A DNA stretch of 64,000 nt from Candidatus Acidiferrales bacterium (lineage in GTDB: Bacteria; Acidobacteriota; Terriglobia; Acidiferrales; UBA7541). The notes beneath the pieces are model-generated. The model did not search any database and was not told where the DNA came from. It worked only from the letters and a program-made list of their open reading frames with translations. A program made the position numbers and the translations under genes. The DNA lies in contig JBJKQB010000352.1 in NCBI GenBank assembly GCA_046705825.1, positions 9,013 to 73,012 of the forward strand, written 5' to 3'. The number at the start of each line of letters is the position of its first letter. Position 1 is the stretch's first letter. This document shows positions 1 through 8,945 of this stretch, in pieces.

Positions 1-1003
1 GCGTTTTGCCGCCACGCTCGACTTCAACCAGCTTGTACACCAGATTCAGATGCGGCGCATCACCGGGCGTGGCAAGAGCAGTGCCCACGCCGAAGGAATC
101 GATGGCGGCGCCGGCTTTCAGCAGGCGCGCGATCTTTTCTTCGTTCAGATCGCCGGAAGCAAAAATCTGCACGTCGTTCCAACCCGCGCGATTCAGTTCG
201 CGGCGCACCCAGCGGCTGTCTTTCACCAGATCGCCGCTATCGAGGCGCACGCCCCCGGGCTTGCGGCCGGCGTCGAGAATGGTCTTGACCGCGTTGCGCA
301 CGTTATACGTGTCGAGCAGGAGGATGGCGCCCTGCGGAAAGGCTTCGAGAAATTGGCGGAAGGCCTCCGCTTCGTTCTCGTGCGCCATGATCCACGAATG
401 CGCCTGGGTTCCGTAGGTGCTGATGCCGAAGAGCTGTCCCGCCAGAACGTTGGAGGTGCCGATACAGCCGCCAATGGCGGAGGCGCGCGCGGCCCAAATG
501 CTGGCGTAGGGCCCATGTCCGCGGCGGGCTCCAAATTCGACCACTTGACGCCCCTGCGCGGCGGTCACCACGCGCGCGGCCTTGCTGGCGATCAGGGTCT
601 GGTAGCTCAGCGTGGCGAGCAGGTAGGTTTCCATAATTTGCCCTTCGATGATCGGGGCAGTGACGCGCAGGAGCGGCTCGCCGGCAAAGACCAGCGTCCC
701 TTCCGGGACGGCGTAGACGTCGCCGCTGAAGCGAAAGGTGCGCAGGTAGTCGAAGAACTCGTCGCGAATGCCGCGAAAGACGGGATGATGGCGGAGAAAG
801 GCGATTTCTTCGGGCGTGAAGCGGACATTTTCGAGGAACTCGAGAGCCTGTTCGAGCCCGGCCGACACCAGGTAATTGCGCTGGGGCGGGAGATTGCGCA
901 CGAAAAGCTCGAAAGTGGCGCGCGCGCCGAAGCGGGTCTGCAAATAGCCCGCGGCCATGGTCAATTCGTAGAGATCGGTGAGAAGGCCCGAATATTCGCG
1001 CAT
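1..1003 (-). CDS. pncB: nicotinate phosphoribosyltransferase; C-terminal part lies beyond the window edge
   Basis: Not in the ORF track because no stop lies in the window. My minus-strand translation from ATG 1003..1001 reads MREYSGLLTDLYELTMAAGYLQTRFG...GTQAHSWIMAHENE...DSFGVGTALATPGD and stays open to position 2. This is a typical NAPRTase sequence. Confidence 0.85.
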   Translation of the reverse strand, partial: MREYSGLLTDLYELTMAAGYLQTRFGARATFELFVRNLPPQRNYLVSAGLEQALEFLENVRFTPEEIAFLRHHPVFRGIRDEFFDYLRTFRFSGDVYAVPEGTLVFAGEPLLRVTAPIIEGQIMETYLLATLSYQTLIASKAARVVTAAQGRQVVEFGARRGHGPYASIWAARASAIGGCIGTSNVLAGQLFGISTYGTQAHSWIMAHENEAEAFRQFLEAFPQGAILLLDTYNVRNAVKTILDAGRKPGGVRLDSGDLVKDSRWVRRELNRAGWNDVQIFASGDLNEEKIARLLKAGAAIDSFGVGTALATPGDAPHLNLVYKLVEVERGGKT

Positions 1004-1206
1004 GTTTACGATCTTACGGGAAATGGGCAACTTTGTGGGCGAGCGCCGTGACCGGGGTAACAGAGCACACGCTGCTGCTACCCCCAAGACGGCCCTTCGC
1101 GTCATCATTGGTACTCCAAAGGTGGTCCCTGTTGCTTGTTGATACCAAAGCCGTACCGCCCTGATCTGGCCCCACAGTCATTGCAAGGGAACACCTAACC
1201 CGTAAT

Positions 1207-1683
1207 TCAGCGGCTTTCCCCTACGGGGCGAAAGCAATTAACAATCTTGTCCAGCAACGGGAATTCGACAACTGAGGCAGCAATTATCATGATTAGCATA
1301 GTAGTGGCTTCATGCCATTTCGTCTTTTCCCAGATGTCCAGAAACCACACAGCTACGACGATCGCGGGGTGCAGCACGAGAGCTACTACCAGCATCGCTT
1401 TCCAAAACCAGAGCCGCTTCAGGTTCTTTCTTTCATACTTCCTCGGATAGACGATAAAGACGAAAACCGTAAGGAAGTAAACCTGGACCAGCCACTCGGT
1501 GAACGCGGTGTTGTACACGGCCCAAGCAACGATGAACGGTAGCCATCCGAGGATAAAGCAAATGGTCGCCGCGTCCAGCGTTATTCCGGTGCCGTCACTT
1601 CTTATGGATTCGAACATGGCGTCACTGAGGCCTATCCGCACATTCGCGCTGACGCGGGCGGAAAAGACAAAACCCCCAAGCAT
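1207..1683 (-). CDS. hypothetical multi-pass membrane protein (visibly lower G+C)
   Basis: 158-aa ORF with several hydrophobic segments (ICFILGWLPFIVAWAV, VYFLTVFVFIVY, MLVVALVLHPAIVVAVWFL, MLIMIIAASVV). No family recognised. The start is uncertain; an alternative ATG gives MFESIRS. Confidence 0.5.
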   Translation of the reverse strand: MLGGFVFSARVSANVRIGLSDAMFESIRSDGTGITLDAATICFILGWLPFIVAWAVYNTAFTEWLVQVYFLTVFVFIVYPRKYERKNLKRLWFWKAMLVVALVLHPAIVVAVWFLDIWEKTKWHEATTMLIMIIAASVVEFPLLDKIVNCFRPVGESR

Positions 1684-1755
1684 CTGGCCCGCGTGCCGGC
1701 CAGACCCTCCTGGGGGTGCTGTCTCGAAATGCTCGAACTTCGCGCCGGAAGAAAA

Positions 1756-2058
1756 CTACTTCAGCACGGCGTCTTTGAACGCTTTCGCGGCGCGCAAACG
1801 AACCACGGTCTTGGCCTTGATCTTGATGGCCTCGCCCGTCGCCGGGTTGCGGCCCATCCGCGCCTTGCGGTGCGCCTTGACGGCGCGCCCGAGACCCGGA
1901 ATCACGAATTTGCCGGAAGACCGCGCTTCCTTCACTGCCAGCTTGAACAGCTCATCAAAGAAGGACGCCACCTGCTTCTTCGATACGGGCTTTTCCGGCG
2001 TGCTGACCTTCTCCGCCATGTGCGCAACGATCTTCGACTTGCTCATCGGACCTGCCAT
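1756..2058 (-). CDS. HU family DNA-binding protein
   Basis: 100 aa: SKSKIVAHMAEK...FFDELFKLAVKEARSSGKFVIPGLGR..RKARMGRNPATGEAIKIKAKTVVRLRAAKAFK. Canonical HU/IHF fold sequence with the RNPxTGE arm. Confidence 0.9.
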   Translation of the reverse strand: MAGPMSKSKIVAHMAEKVSTPEKPVSKKQVASFFDELFKLAVKEARSSGKFVIPGLGRAVKAHRKARMGRNPATGEAIKIKAKTVVRLRAAKAFKDAVLK

Positions 2059-2135
2059 TCACTTCCTCCTCGCACGTGAGTGCTCATGGGCCTGCCTGAG
2101 GCAGGCAGGCTCCGGAATCCCGGATGCCGCGAGGC

Positions 2136-2164
2136 ACTATAAACGCGCTTTCCACGTAACGCAA
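2136..2164 (-). promoter_or_regulatory. putative sigma70-type promoter of the HU gene
   Basis: Minus strand reads TTGCGT (2164..2159), a 17-nt spacer, then TATAGT (2141..2136). An A/T-rich stretch (ggaaaaaatcc...cattttttgagctttttgc) lies upstream. The -10 element is about 78 nt upstream of the ATG. Confidence 0.4.
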
Positions 2165-2332
2165 GCAAAAAGCTCAAAAAATGCCCGGAAAAGCGAGGAT
2201 TTTTTCCGTGCGGCCCCGCTGTGCCAGGTTGAATCGCCGGCTCGCGGATCTCCCCGGAACAGTGAAACCAGAGGGAGGATTACGCGCGCGATTAAGACGC
2301 CGCGCTCCACCCAGTCCAGGCTGAAGAAACTT

Positions 2333-3706
2333 CTAGAGCGAGGCGAGGCTTTCGTAGAACAGGGCGATGGATTTGATCCCCCCGAAATAGTTTTCCAGGG
2401 CGATATGCTCGTCGGGGGCGTGCGCGTTCTCGTCGGGCAGGCCGAAGCCGATCAGCACGCAAGGCACCTTGAACGTGTCGTGCATCTGGGTGACGAACGG
2501 GATCGAGCCGCCCTCCCGAATGAACACCGCTTTCTTGCCAAAGCCCGCCTCCAGCGCGTGAATGGCCTTCTGGAAGATGGGATGCGTGTAGGCGGCCACC
2601 CAGGGCTTGCCCGTGCTGAGGACGCGGAAATTGCATTTCACCGTTTTGGGCAGCAGCTTGCGGATGTGCCGCTCGACCAGCTTGGAGATCTTCGCGGGGT
2701 CCTGATCGGGCACCAGGCGCGTGGAGATCTTGGCATAGGCTTTCGAAGGGATCACGGTCTTGGCGCCCTCGCCCAGATAGCCGCCCCAGATGCCGTTGAG
2801 CTCCAGTGTAGGGCGAATCCAGAGCTGCTCGATGATGCTGTAGCCCTTCTCTCCGCACAGGGCCGGCGCGCCCACCGTCTTGCGAAAGTCTTTTTCCTTC
2901 CAAGGGAGCGCATGGAGGGCTTTGCGCTCGGCGCGGGAGATGGTGGCGACATCATCGTAGAAGTGGGGAACGGTCACGCGGAAATTCTTGTCGTGCAGCT
3001 TGGAAATCATCTCCGCCAGAACGGTGATGGGATTGGGAACGGCGCCGCCGAACCCTCCCGAGTGCAGGTCCTGTATGGGCCCGATGATTTCGACTTCGTA
3101 ATAATTGAGCCCGCGCAAGCCATAGGTGATGGAGGGAGCGCCTTTGGCCAGCATGGCGGTGTCGGAGACCAGCAGCGCGTCAGCCTTCAGCCTTTCCCTG
3201 TTCTGCTGCACGAAATCCCACAGGCTGACGCTTCCGACTTCTTCCTCGCCTTCGATGATAGCCTTTACATTGATGGGCAGCTGACCTGCGGTTTTCTGCA
3301 GCGCCTCGAGCGCCTTCAGGTGGATGTGCACTTGCCCCTTGTCGTCGGCGGTGCCACGGCCATACAGGTTGCCGTCGCGCACGGCGGGCTCGAAGGCCGG
3401 GCTGGTCCACAGGTTGAGCGGCTCGGCTGGCTGGACGTCATAGTGGCCATAAAAAAGGACGGTAGGCTTTCCGGGAGCATGCAGGGACTCGCCATAGACC
3501 AGCGGATGCATCGTGGTGGGCTCGATCTCGACGTTTTCGAAACCGGCTCCGCGCAGCTTTTCCGCCACCCAGTGCGCAGCCTTCTCAATGTCCGCTTTGT
3601 GTTCGCTCTTGGTGCTGACACTGGGAATGCGCAGAAATTCCTTGAGTTCGTTCAAGTGTTCTTCGCGCTTCGACTCGATGTATTCGGACAGATTCATCAG
3701 CAGCAT
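2333..3706 (-). CDS. M20 family dipeptidase / metallopeptidase
   Basis: LKEFLRIPSVSTKSEHKADIEKAA, FYGHYDVQPAEPLNLWTSPAFEP, GRGTADDKGQ and IIEGEEEVGS are typical M20 (ArgE/DapE/CNDP-like) motifs. The start is placed at internal ATG 3706 (MLLMNLSEY). The ORF track start is 3751. Confidence 0.85.
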   Translation of the reverse strand: MLLMNLSEYIESKREEHLNELKEFLRIPSVSTKSEHKADIEKAAHWVAEKLRGAGFENVEIEPTTMHPLVYGESLHAPGKPTVLFYGHYDVQPAEPLNLWTSPAFEPAVRDGNLYGRGTADDKGQVHIHLKALEALQKTAGQLPINVKAIIEGEEEVGSVSLWDFVQQNRERLKADALLVSDTAMLAKGAPSITYGLRGLNYYEVEIIGPIQDLHSGGFGGAVPNPITVLAEMISKLHDKNFRVTVPHFYDDVATISRAERKALHALPWKEKDFRKTVGAPALCGEKGYSIIEQLWIRPTLELNGIWGGYLGEGAKTVIPSKAYAKISTRLVPDQDPAKISKLVERHIRKLLPKTVKCNFRVLSTGKPWVAAYTHPIFQKAIHALEAGFGKKAVFIREGGSIPFVTQMHDTFKVPCVLIGFGLPDENAHAPDEHIALENYFGGIKSIALFYESLASL

Positions 3707-3933
3707 CCCCCGCGCTAACGGTTTTGGTTTTGCGGCTCTGCCTGCGGGCAAAGTTTGCCGGCCAGGCAGGCAGCCGTTCGATGCTCTACTAAAACGTTTC
3801 CGCTGGACTTCCGTGTACGCCGCATCTTACGAAAGCAGTGGCAATCTGCGCAAGCGCGGATGCTCTGCTTTTTTGAGCACGCGGGCTGTTGCGCGGATTG
3901 ACTCGCGCCTGAGGGCATAGGACGATACACGAC

Positions 3934-4293
3934 ATGATCCCTGAGAACTCCAAGGAACGGCGCAGTTCCCGCGTATTCGCGCGGATCCCCGTGCGCGCGG
4001 CGGGCAAGAACGCGGACGGCCGGAAGTTTCGCGAGGATAGCCAGACGATCGTGGTCAACGCGCACGGCGGGTTGTTGTACCTGCAGCATGCGGTCGGTCT
4101 GGGCGCCGAGATTCTCCTCAGCAATCCGATCAGCGAAGAGGAGCAGGAGTGCCGCGTCGTATACCTGGGAGACACTTCGGAAAAAGGGACGCGCGTGGGG
4201 GTGGAATTTCTGTCGCCCAGCCCGCGCTTCTGGGGCGTGGAATTTGCGGCGCAGGATTGGCCCGTTCGCGCGCCTTCGCCTTCCGGTTCCTGA
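3934..4293 (+). CDS. PilZ domain-containing protein
   Basis: 119 aa with N-terminal ERRSSRVFARIPV (RxxxR-like) and a later single-domain beta-barrel-like sequence (VVNAHGGLLYL). Resembles stand-alone PilZ receptors. Confidence 0.6.
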   Translation: MIPENSKERRSSRVFARIPVRAAGKNADGRKFREDSQTIVVNAHGGLLYLQHAVGLGAEILLSNPISEEEQECRVVYLGDTSEKGTRVGVEFLSPSPRFWGVEFAAQDWPVRAPSPSGS

Positions 4294-4372
4294 CCCTTCC
4301 TGACCTGCTCGCCAGAATTCAGCGCAGAAACAGGCTGAACGCGAGCACACCCAGCACGATGCCCGCGACGGG

Positions 4373-4798
4373 TTACTTTAAACCCAGGCGCGACAGGATC
4401 ACCGTCAATACCATCACCAGGAAAACGATGCTGGTGACCACCACGTACTTGCGATCGTGGTCCACGTAGAAAACGTAGATGGAAACCAGGACGCGCGAGA
4501 CGGGCGTCAGAATCAGCAAAATAGTCGCCAATAACATAAAGGAACCGGGATTGGCGGTGGCCAGGCCATGAATGAAGACGTGCCAGTGATACTGCTGGCG
4601 AACCCAGGCGGCGGAGAGCGGAACATACTCGGGATGCAGCAGGGCCAGAATGACTCCGATGGCAAACAGCGCGGTGCTCAGCACCATGCCGACGAGCAGA
4701 ATGCGATACACTTCGGCGTAAACGTTGTCGGCAACGTTGCCGATGCGCTCGCTGTTCGAATTCGTGCCGGGCTGCGCCGCTGGTTGTTCCGTTTTCAC
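4373..4798 (-). CDS. DUF1634-like membrane protein (partner of TauE/SafE)
   Basis: 141 aa with 4 predicted TM segments, located immediately downstream of the TauE gene. The TauE + DUF1634 pairing is a common arrangement. Confidence 0.65.
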   Translation of the reverse strand: MKTEQPAAQPGTNSNSERIGNVADNVYAEVYRILLVGMVLSTALFAIGVILALLHPEYVPLSAAWVRQQYHWHVFIHGLATANPGSFMLLATILLILTPVSRVLVSIYVFYVDHDRKYVVVTSIVFLVMVLTVILSRLGLK

Positions 4799-4829
4799 CT
4801 TGAGCCTCTCTTCACCCGCTCGCTGCTCA

Positions 4830-5723
4830 TCAGCCCAGATTCGGCAAATGGATGTGGAAGCGCATGCCCAGCGCGCGCGCGAACATTCCGTAGGAAAGAT
4901 AGAACATCAAAAGCGCCAGCAGCCATTTCAGCCAAACACTGCGCAGGCGATTCATGATCATGGTGCCGATGGTCGCGCCGATGGTGGTGCCCATGGCCAC
5001 CGGCGCCACCACGTAGAAATGAATCAGACCGGCCAGGAAGAACAATATCGAACTGACCGCGGCGGTCACGCCGATCATCAGCTTGCTGGTGCCCACCGCT
5101 GCTTTCATGGGCACGTTCATATGCGCGTTCATGGCGGAGACCTTGACGACCCCGCCGCCCACGCCCAGCAGACCCGAAGCAACGCCCGCCAGGTAGCAGA
5201 TTCCGCTGCCTGTCGGAGCTCCCGTGACCACATAATCGACCGTGCGCTGTGCGGCCTGATCGTGATAGCTGCCGTTCAGCCCGAGAAAAGCCGAAAGGCG
5301 GTCGGGTTTGGCGTTGGAGTAGTCGCCGGCAGCGATGCGCTTATCGTCGACCTTGCGCTGCAGAAAAGCCGTGCTGCCCATATACAGAAGGAGCGCGGTA
5401 AACAGCAGCATGATCGCCCATTCCTTGAGGTACAGCGCGAGAACGCTGCCGGACAGCGCTCCGATGGTGGTCGATACTTCCAGGAACATCCCCAGCTTCA
5501 GGTTGGTGATGCGCTGATCGACGTAGGAGGAGCCGCCCGCGTTAGATGTGGCGATCACCGAGACGATGCTGGCGGCCACGGCGATTTTAATGGGGAGGTG
5601 AAACATCAGCACCATCACCGGCACGATGAAGATGCCGCCACCCACTCCTAATAAAGCGCCGAAAAATCCCGCAAGACACGCCGATCCCAGAAGCCATAGG
5701 ACAAATGAAACGGAATAGGTCAT
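4830..5723 (-). CDS. sulfite exporter TauE/SafE family (DUF81) membrane protein
   Basis: 297-aa polytopic protein with the duplicated Gly-rich TM motifs of the family (LLGVGGGIFIVP and LLGVGGGVVKV). Confidence 0.85.
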   Translation of the reverse strand: MTYSVSFVLWLLGSACLAGFFGALLGVGGGIFIVPVMVLMFHLPIKIAVAASIVSVIATSNAGGSSYVDQRITNLKLGMFLEVSTTIGALSGSVLALYLKEWAIMLLFTALLLYMGSTAFLQRKVDDKRIAAGDYSNAKPDRLSAFLGLNGSYHDQAAQRTVDYVVTGAPTGSGICYLAGVASGLLGVGGGVVKVSAMNAHMNVPMKAAVGTSKLMIGVTAAVSSILFFLAGLIHFYVVAPVAMGTTIGATIGTMIMNRLRSVWLKWLLALLMFYLSYGMFARALGMRFHIHLPNLG

Positions 5724-6088
5724 AGGCGAAGGATTCTACCTTGCGAAGGGCCGTTCGGGCCAACGTCCGCGCTCAAGCGTCCATCTGAACGCTCGTTCGC
5801 AGTGATTTCCCCGGGCCACAAGGTCTGCAAGACAGCGGTCGCCGGCGTCGCGATGATCGCCATCCTACTCAGCATAGCAAACAACCGCTGGCAACAGCAT
5901 CCGCGATCGACTCGAGATTGCAAACGATCGCGGCCAGTTGAATTCCAGCAGTTATGCGCTGACGCCGCAGCTCCCTGCATTCATTTTCTTCCGCAGCGGT
6001 TCTTGCTTCGGCGGGTTCAGGCGGTCAGAATATGGGACCACCGCCAGCGGCCGCGCGGCATCAACGAAGGACGAGGAGCAAACTGCCG

Positions 6089-7588
6089 ATGCAAATTCAT
6101 AGAAATCGTCTTCCCGTAGCCCTGCTGATCGTTCTGAGCTTGGCCCTGGCGGGCACGGCGCTGCTTGTGGGCGGTGAGCGCCACACCGTGCAGGCGGCTT
6201 CGACGGCGGCGCTGGCCGCGCCCGCCAGGGCTCAGGCGCCCGATGAATCCCGGCTGGAGAAGGGCTACCGCTTCGAGAGCGGCGGTTGGATCTACGTGCA
6301 TCTGGAAGGCTCGCCGTTCAACATCGGCTACCAGCACGGTTATCTCCTCGCCCCGGAAATTGCGGACGCCTTCGCCGCAGTCAGCCTGGAAATGACGCAC
6401 GATACCGGCCGCAACTGGGATTTCTTCCGCCGCGCGGCGCACGACATGCTGTGGCACCGCATCGATCCCGAGTATCAGCAGGAATTGCGAGGCATTGTGG
6501 CGGGCCTCGAAGCCAAGCAGGTGAAGCTGGACCTGGACGACATCGTGGCCATGAACGCCTTCATGGAGCTGCCCGATTATTACGTGCCGTGGCTGAATTC
6601 GATCACGCACGCGCAGAACGCGCCGACACTGAAGGCGCCCGAGGCGTGCAGCGCGTTCGTGGCCACCGGAAGCTGGACCAAGAACGGCCAGATCGTCATG
6701 GGCCACAACGATTGGACCAGCTACATCAACGGGGAGCGCTGGCGGATCATTTTCGACATCGTTCCGCAGCACGGCAACCGCATCCTGATGGACGGCTTTC
6801 CCGGGGTGATCGTCAGCGATGACGATTTTGCCATCAATTCGGCGGGTCTGATGGTCACGGAGACGACCATCAGCGATTTCCACGGCTGGGATCCGACGGG
6901 CAAGCCGGAATTCGTCCGCGCGCGCAGAGCCATGCAGTACGCCAACTCAATCGACGATTTCGTGCGCATCATGAATGACGGCAACAACGGCGGCTATGCG
7001 AACGATTGGTTGCTGGGCGACCGCAAGACGGGCGAAATCGCGCGCTTCGAGGAAGGCCTGAAACACACGCGCGTCTGGCGCACCAAGGACGGCTATTTCG
7101 TCGGCTCCAATTTCCCCAGCGATCCGGAAGTGATGAAGGACGAGACCACCTTCGATCCCAACAATATGGCCGAGTCGGCGAACGCGCGCCACCTGCGTTG
7201 GAAACAGCTCATGGCGCAGCACAAGGGCCAAATCGATGTGCAATTAGCCGAGGATTTCGAATCGGACCATTACGATACGTATTTGAAAAAGGTGATGGCC
7301 GACCGCAGAACTCTCTGCGGGCACGGAGACGTTTTCACGCCCGGCGATCCGGACAGCGAGCAGAACCCCTATCATCCGAGCGGCGCGGTGCAGGGAAAAG
7401 TTACGGACAGCGCCATGGCCGCGCAGATGAGCTTCATCGCGCGCATCGGCCATCCCTGCGGCGAGAACTTCAACGCCGCGCAGTTTCTGCAAGCGCACCC
7501 GAACTATTCCTGGCAAGCTCCGGTGCTGCGCGATATGGATGCGGGCCCGTGGACACCGTTCCGCGCGGGCGAACAAGCCAAGCAATGA
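6089..7588 (+). CDS. phospholipase B-like (PLBD/LAMA-type) Ntn-hydrolase family protein, secreted
   Basis: Signal-like N-terminus (MQIHRNRLPVALLIVLSLALAG). Candidate nucleophile context PEACSAFVATG, then GHNDWTSY, FPGVIVSDDDFAINSAGLMVTETTI, NGGYANDWLLGD and YFVGSNFP. SD-like sequence aggacgaggag lies upstream of ATG 6089. Confidence 0.7.
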   Translation: MQIHRNRLPVALLIVLSLALAGTALLVGGERHTVQAASTAALAAPARAQAPDESRLEKGYRFESGGWIYVHLEGSPFNIGYQHGYLLAPEIADAFAAVSLEMTHDTGRNWDFFRRAAHDMLWHRIDPEYQQELRGIVAGLEAKQVKLDLDDIVAMNAFMELPDYYVPWLNSITHAQNAPTLKAPEACSAFVATGSWTKNGQIVMGHNDWTSYINGERWRIIFDIVPQHGNRILMDGFPGVIVSDDDFAINSAGLMVTETTISDFHGWDPTGKPEFVRARRAMQYANSIDDFVRIMNDGNNGGYANDWLLGDRKTGEIARFEEGLKHTRVWRTKDGYFVGSNFPSDPEVMKDETTFDPNNMAESANARHLRWKQLMAQHKGQIDVQLAEDFESDHYDTYLKKVMADRRTLCGHGDVFTPGDPDSEQNPYHPSGAVQGKVTDSAMAAQMSFIARIGHPCGENFNAAQFLQAHPNYSWQAPVLRDMDAGPWTPFRAGEQAKQ

Positions 7589-7718
7589 GCCTGCTGCCGG
7601 GCATGCACGCCGCAACAAAGGCGCGCGAGCCGCGCTCCCGTTATGAACGCCACCCACGGATTGAAGCCGAGGCCCGCCCTGGCGAGCCCCGGCTGTTGAC
7701 GCCGTTACCGCACTCCCA

Positions 7719-8300
7719 TTAACCCTGGCTGGAGACCTGCAGATCGTTCTGCACACTGAAGACGTTGGGCACGGTCTTGGCGCGCAGCCCGATCAGGTTC
7801 TTGTCCGCCTGGCTGTCCACCACGCCGTACAGTGTGACATGGCCGTTGTCCACTACGATGTGAACGGGCGGCAGAGCGCCCATGGCGTACTTCCAAAGAC
7901 CGGCATAGTCATAGATGGCGTGATACTCCGCGCGCCGGATCTGCCAGTCCATCCCTGAGGGCGGCAGGACCTGAATGTCATTGTTCACCTTGGTGACGCC
8001 TTCGATGTGCTGCACTACCCGCTGGGCGTCCGGTTTCAGCGACGGGCGAACTACTTGCCCCATCAGCGTCACTGTCGTCCCGTTAACCTTGTACTCCAGG
8101 TTGTCGAACAGCGTCAGCCAGGGCAGCATCACCAGATCGTGCCGCACCTGATTCTTCAGCCAGGCTTCATAACGGGCCTGCCCGCTCGGGGCTTGCTGTC
8201 CCGACGCGGCGAGCGCGGCGCCTCCTGACGCGAAGATCATCCCGGCAATGGCCAGGACTACGAGAACGGCACGCGAAGTAGAACGATTGAGCCGTGACAT
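7719..8300 (-). CDS. BON domain-containing periplasmic protein (two BON-like repeats)
   Basis: Signal peptide (AVLVVLAIAGMIFASGGAALA). Two repeats of the pattern V.V.NG.VTL.G.V....K......V..I.GV..V.N.LQV. The start is placed at ATG 8300, preceded by ggaaaggtgg. Confidence 0.8.
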   Translation of the reverse strand: MSRLNRSTSRAVLVVLAIAGMIFASGGAALAASGQQAPSGQARYEAWLKNQVRHDLVMLPWLTLFDNLEYKVNGTTVTLMGQVVRPSLKPDAQRVVQHIEGVTKVNNDIQVLPPSGMDWQIRRAEYHAIYDYAGLWKYAMGALPPVHIVVDNGHVTLYGVVDSQADKNLIGLRAKTVPNVFSVQNDLQVSSQG

Positions 8301-8527
8301 TGTGCACCACCTTTCCATCTTTCTTCCCTTGTTATTGGATGCCTCAAGAAACCGCCGCGCTTCGCCGGGACAGGCGCGTAAGGATGTTCCGGCGCTCGGA
8401 TGCAGTCGTTCGCCTACAAGTTTTTTGGGGGGAGGGGCTACTCAATTCGGTGCATGTTTCCTGAGCGAACTGGAAACCGCCTGCGTTTAATGCTACAAAC
8501 GAGCGGATTTCGTCACCTTGCGGGTGT

Positions 8528-8878
8528 GTGCCTGTGGCTGAAAACTGCACCTCGAAGGGCTGCAAATCGGTCGTCCCGGCGGGACTCGCCGCCGAGCATC
8601 TCTGCATTCTTCATTTCACGCTGTTTGTCGAGCAGGAATGCGCGGAAATTCGCCGCGAATCCAATCTCGGCAAGGTCGCGCACGAACGGCAGCAGGAATT
8701 CATGAAGAAGATCGTGGATCGCGGAGCCACGCTGGTCAGCGTGGCTACCAGCGGGTTTTCCATGTCGGACGAAATCAAGGCGCGCATCCTCAGCACCCTG
8801 CTCACCTTGATGACCTGCCGCGAGAACATCGACCGCGCCGCCATGCGCCAGTCCGCTCTGCGCCGCTTCGCCGGCTGA
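8528..8878 (+). CDS. hypothetical protein with N-terminal Cys/His cluster
   Basis: 116-aa ORF with a GTG start, G/C-rich third codon positions and CTSKGCKS...HLCILHF at the N-terminus. No family recognised. Confidence 0.45.
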   Translation: MPVAENCTSKGCKSVVPAGLAAEHLCILHFTLFVEQECAEIRRESNLGKVAHERQQEFMKKIVDRGATLVSVATSGFSMSDEIKARILSTLLTLMTCRENIDRAAMRQSALRRFAG

Positions 8879-8945
8879 TATATCCCCAAGGTACGGCAGT
8901 CGGCTAACCGTACGTCCTTGTTAGGCTTGAGGTCCCGCCGGAGTT

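Noticed and set aside
50-1051. 333-aa plus-strand ORF covering the start of the window
   Set aside because: It is antisense to a minus-strand frame that stays open and translates as a clear nicotinate phosphoribosyltransferase. The plus-frame product is Arg/Ala/Gly-rich with no recognisable motifs, which is typical of a high-G+C antisense ORF.
1499-3718. 739-aa plus-strand ORF
   Set aside because: It is antisense to the HU gene and the M20 peptidase gene. The translation is low-complexity (R/A/G/L-rich) and spans an intergenic promoter region. It is an artefact of high G+C.
6017-6883. 288-aa minus-strand ORF
   Set aside because: It is antisense to the phospholipase-B-like gene, which has strong family motifs.
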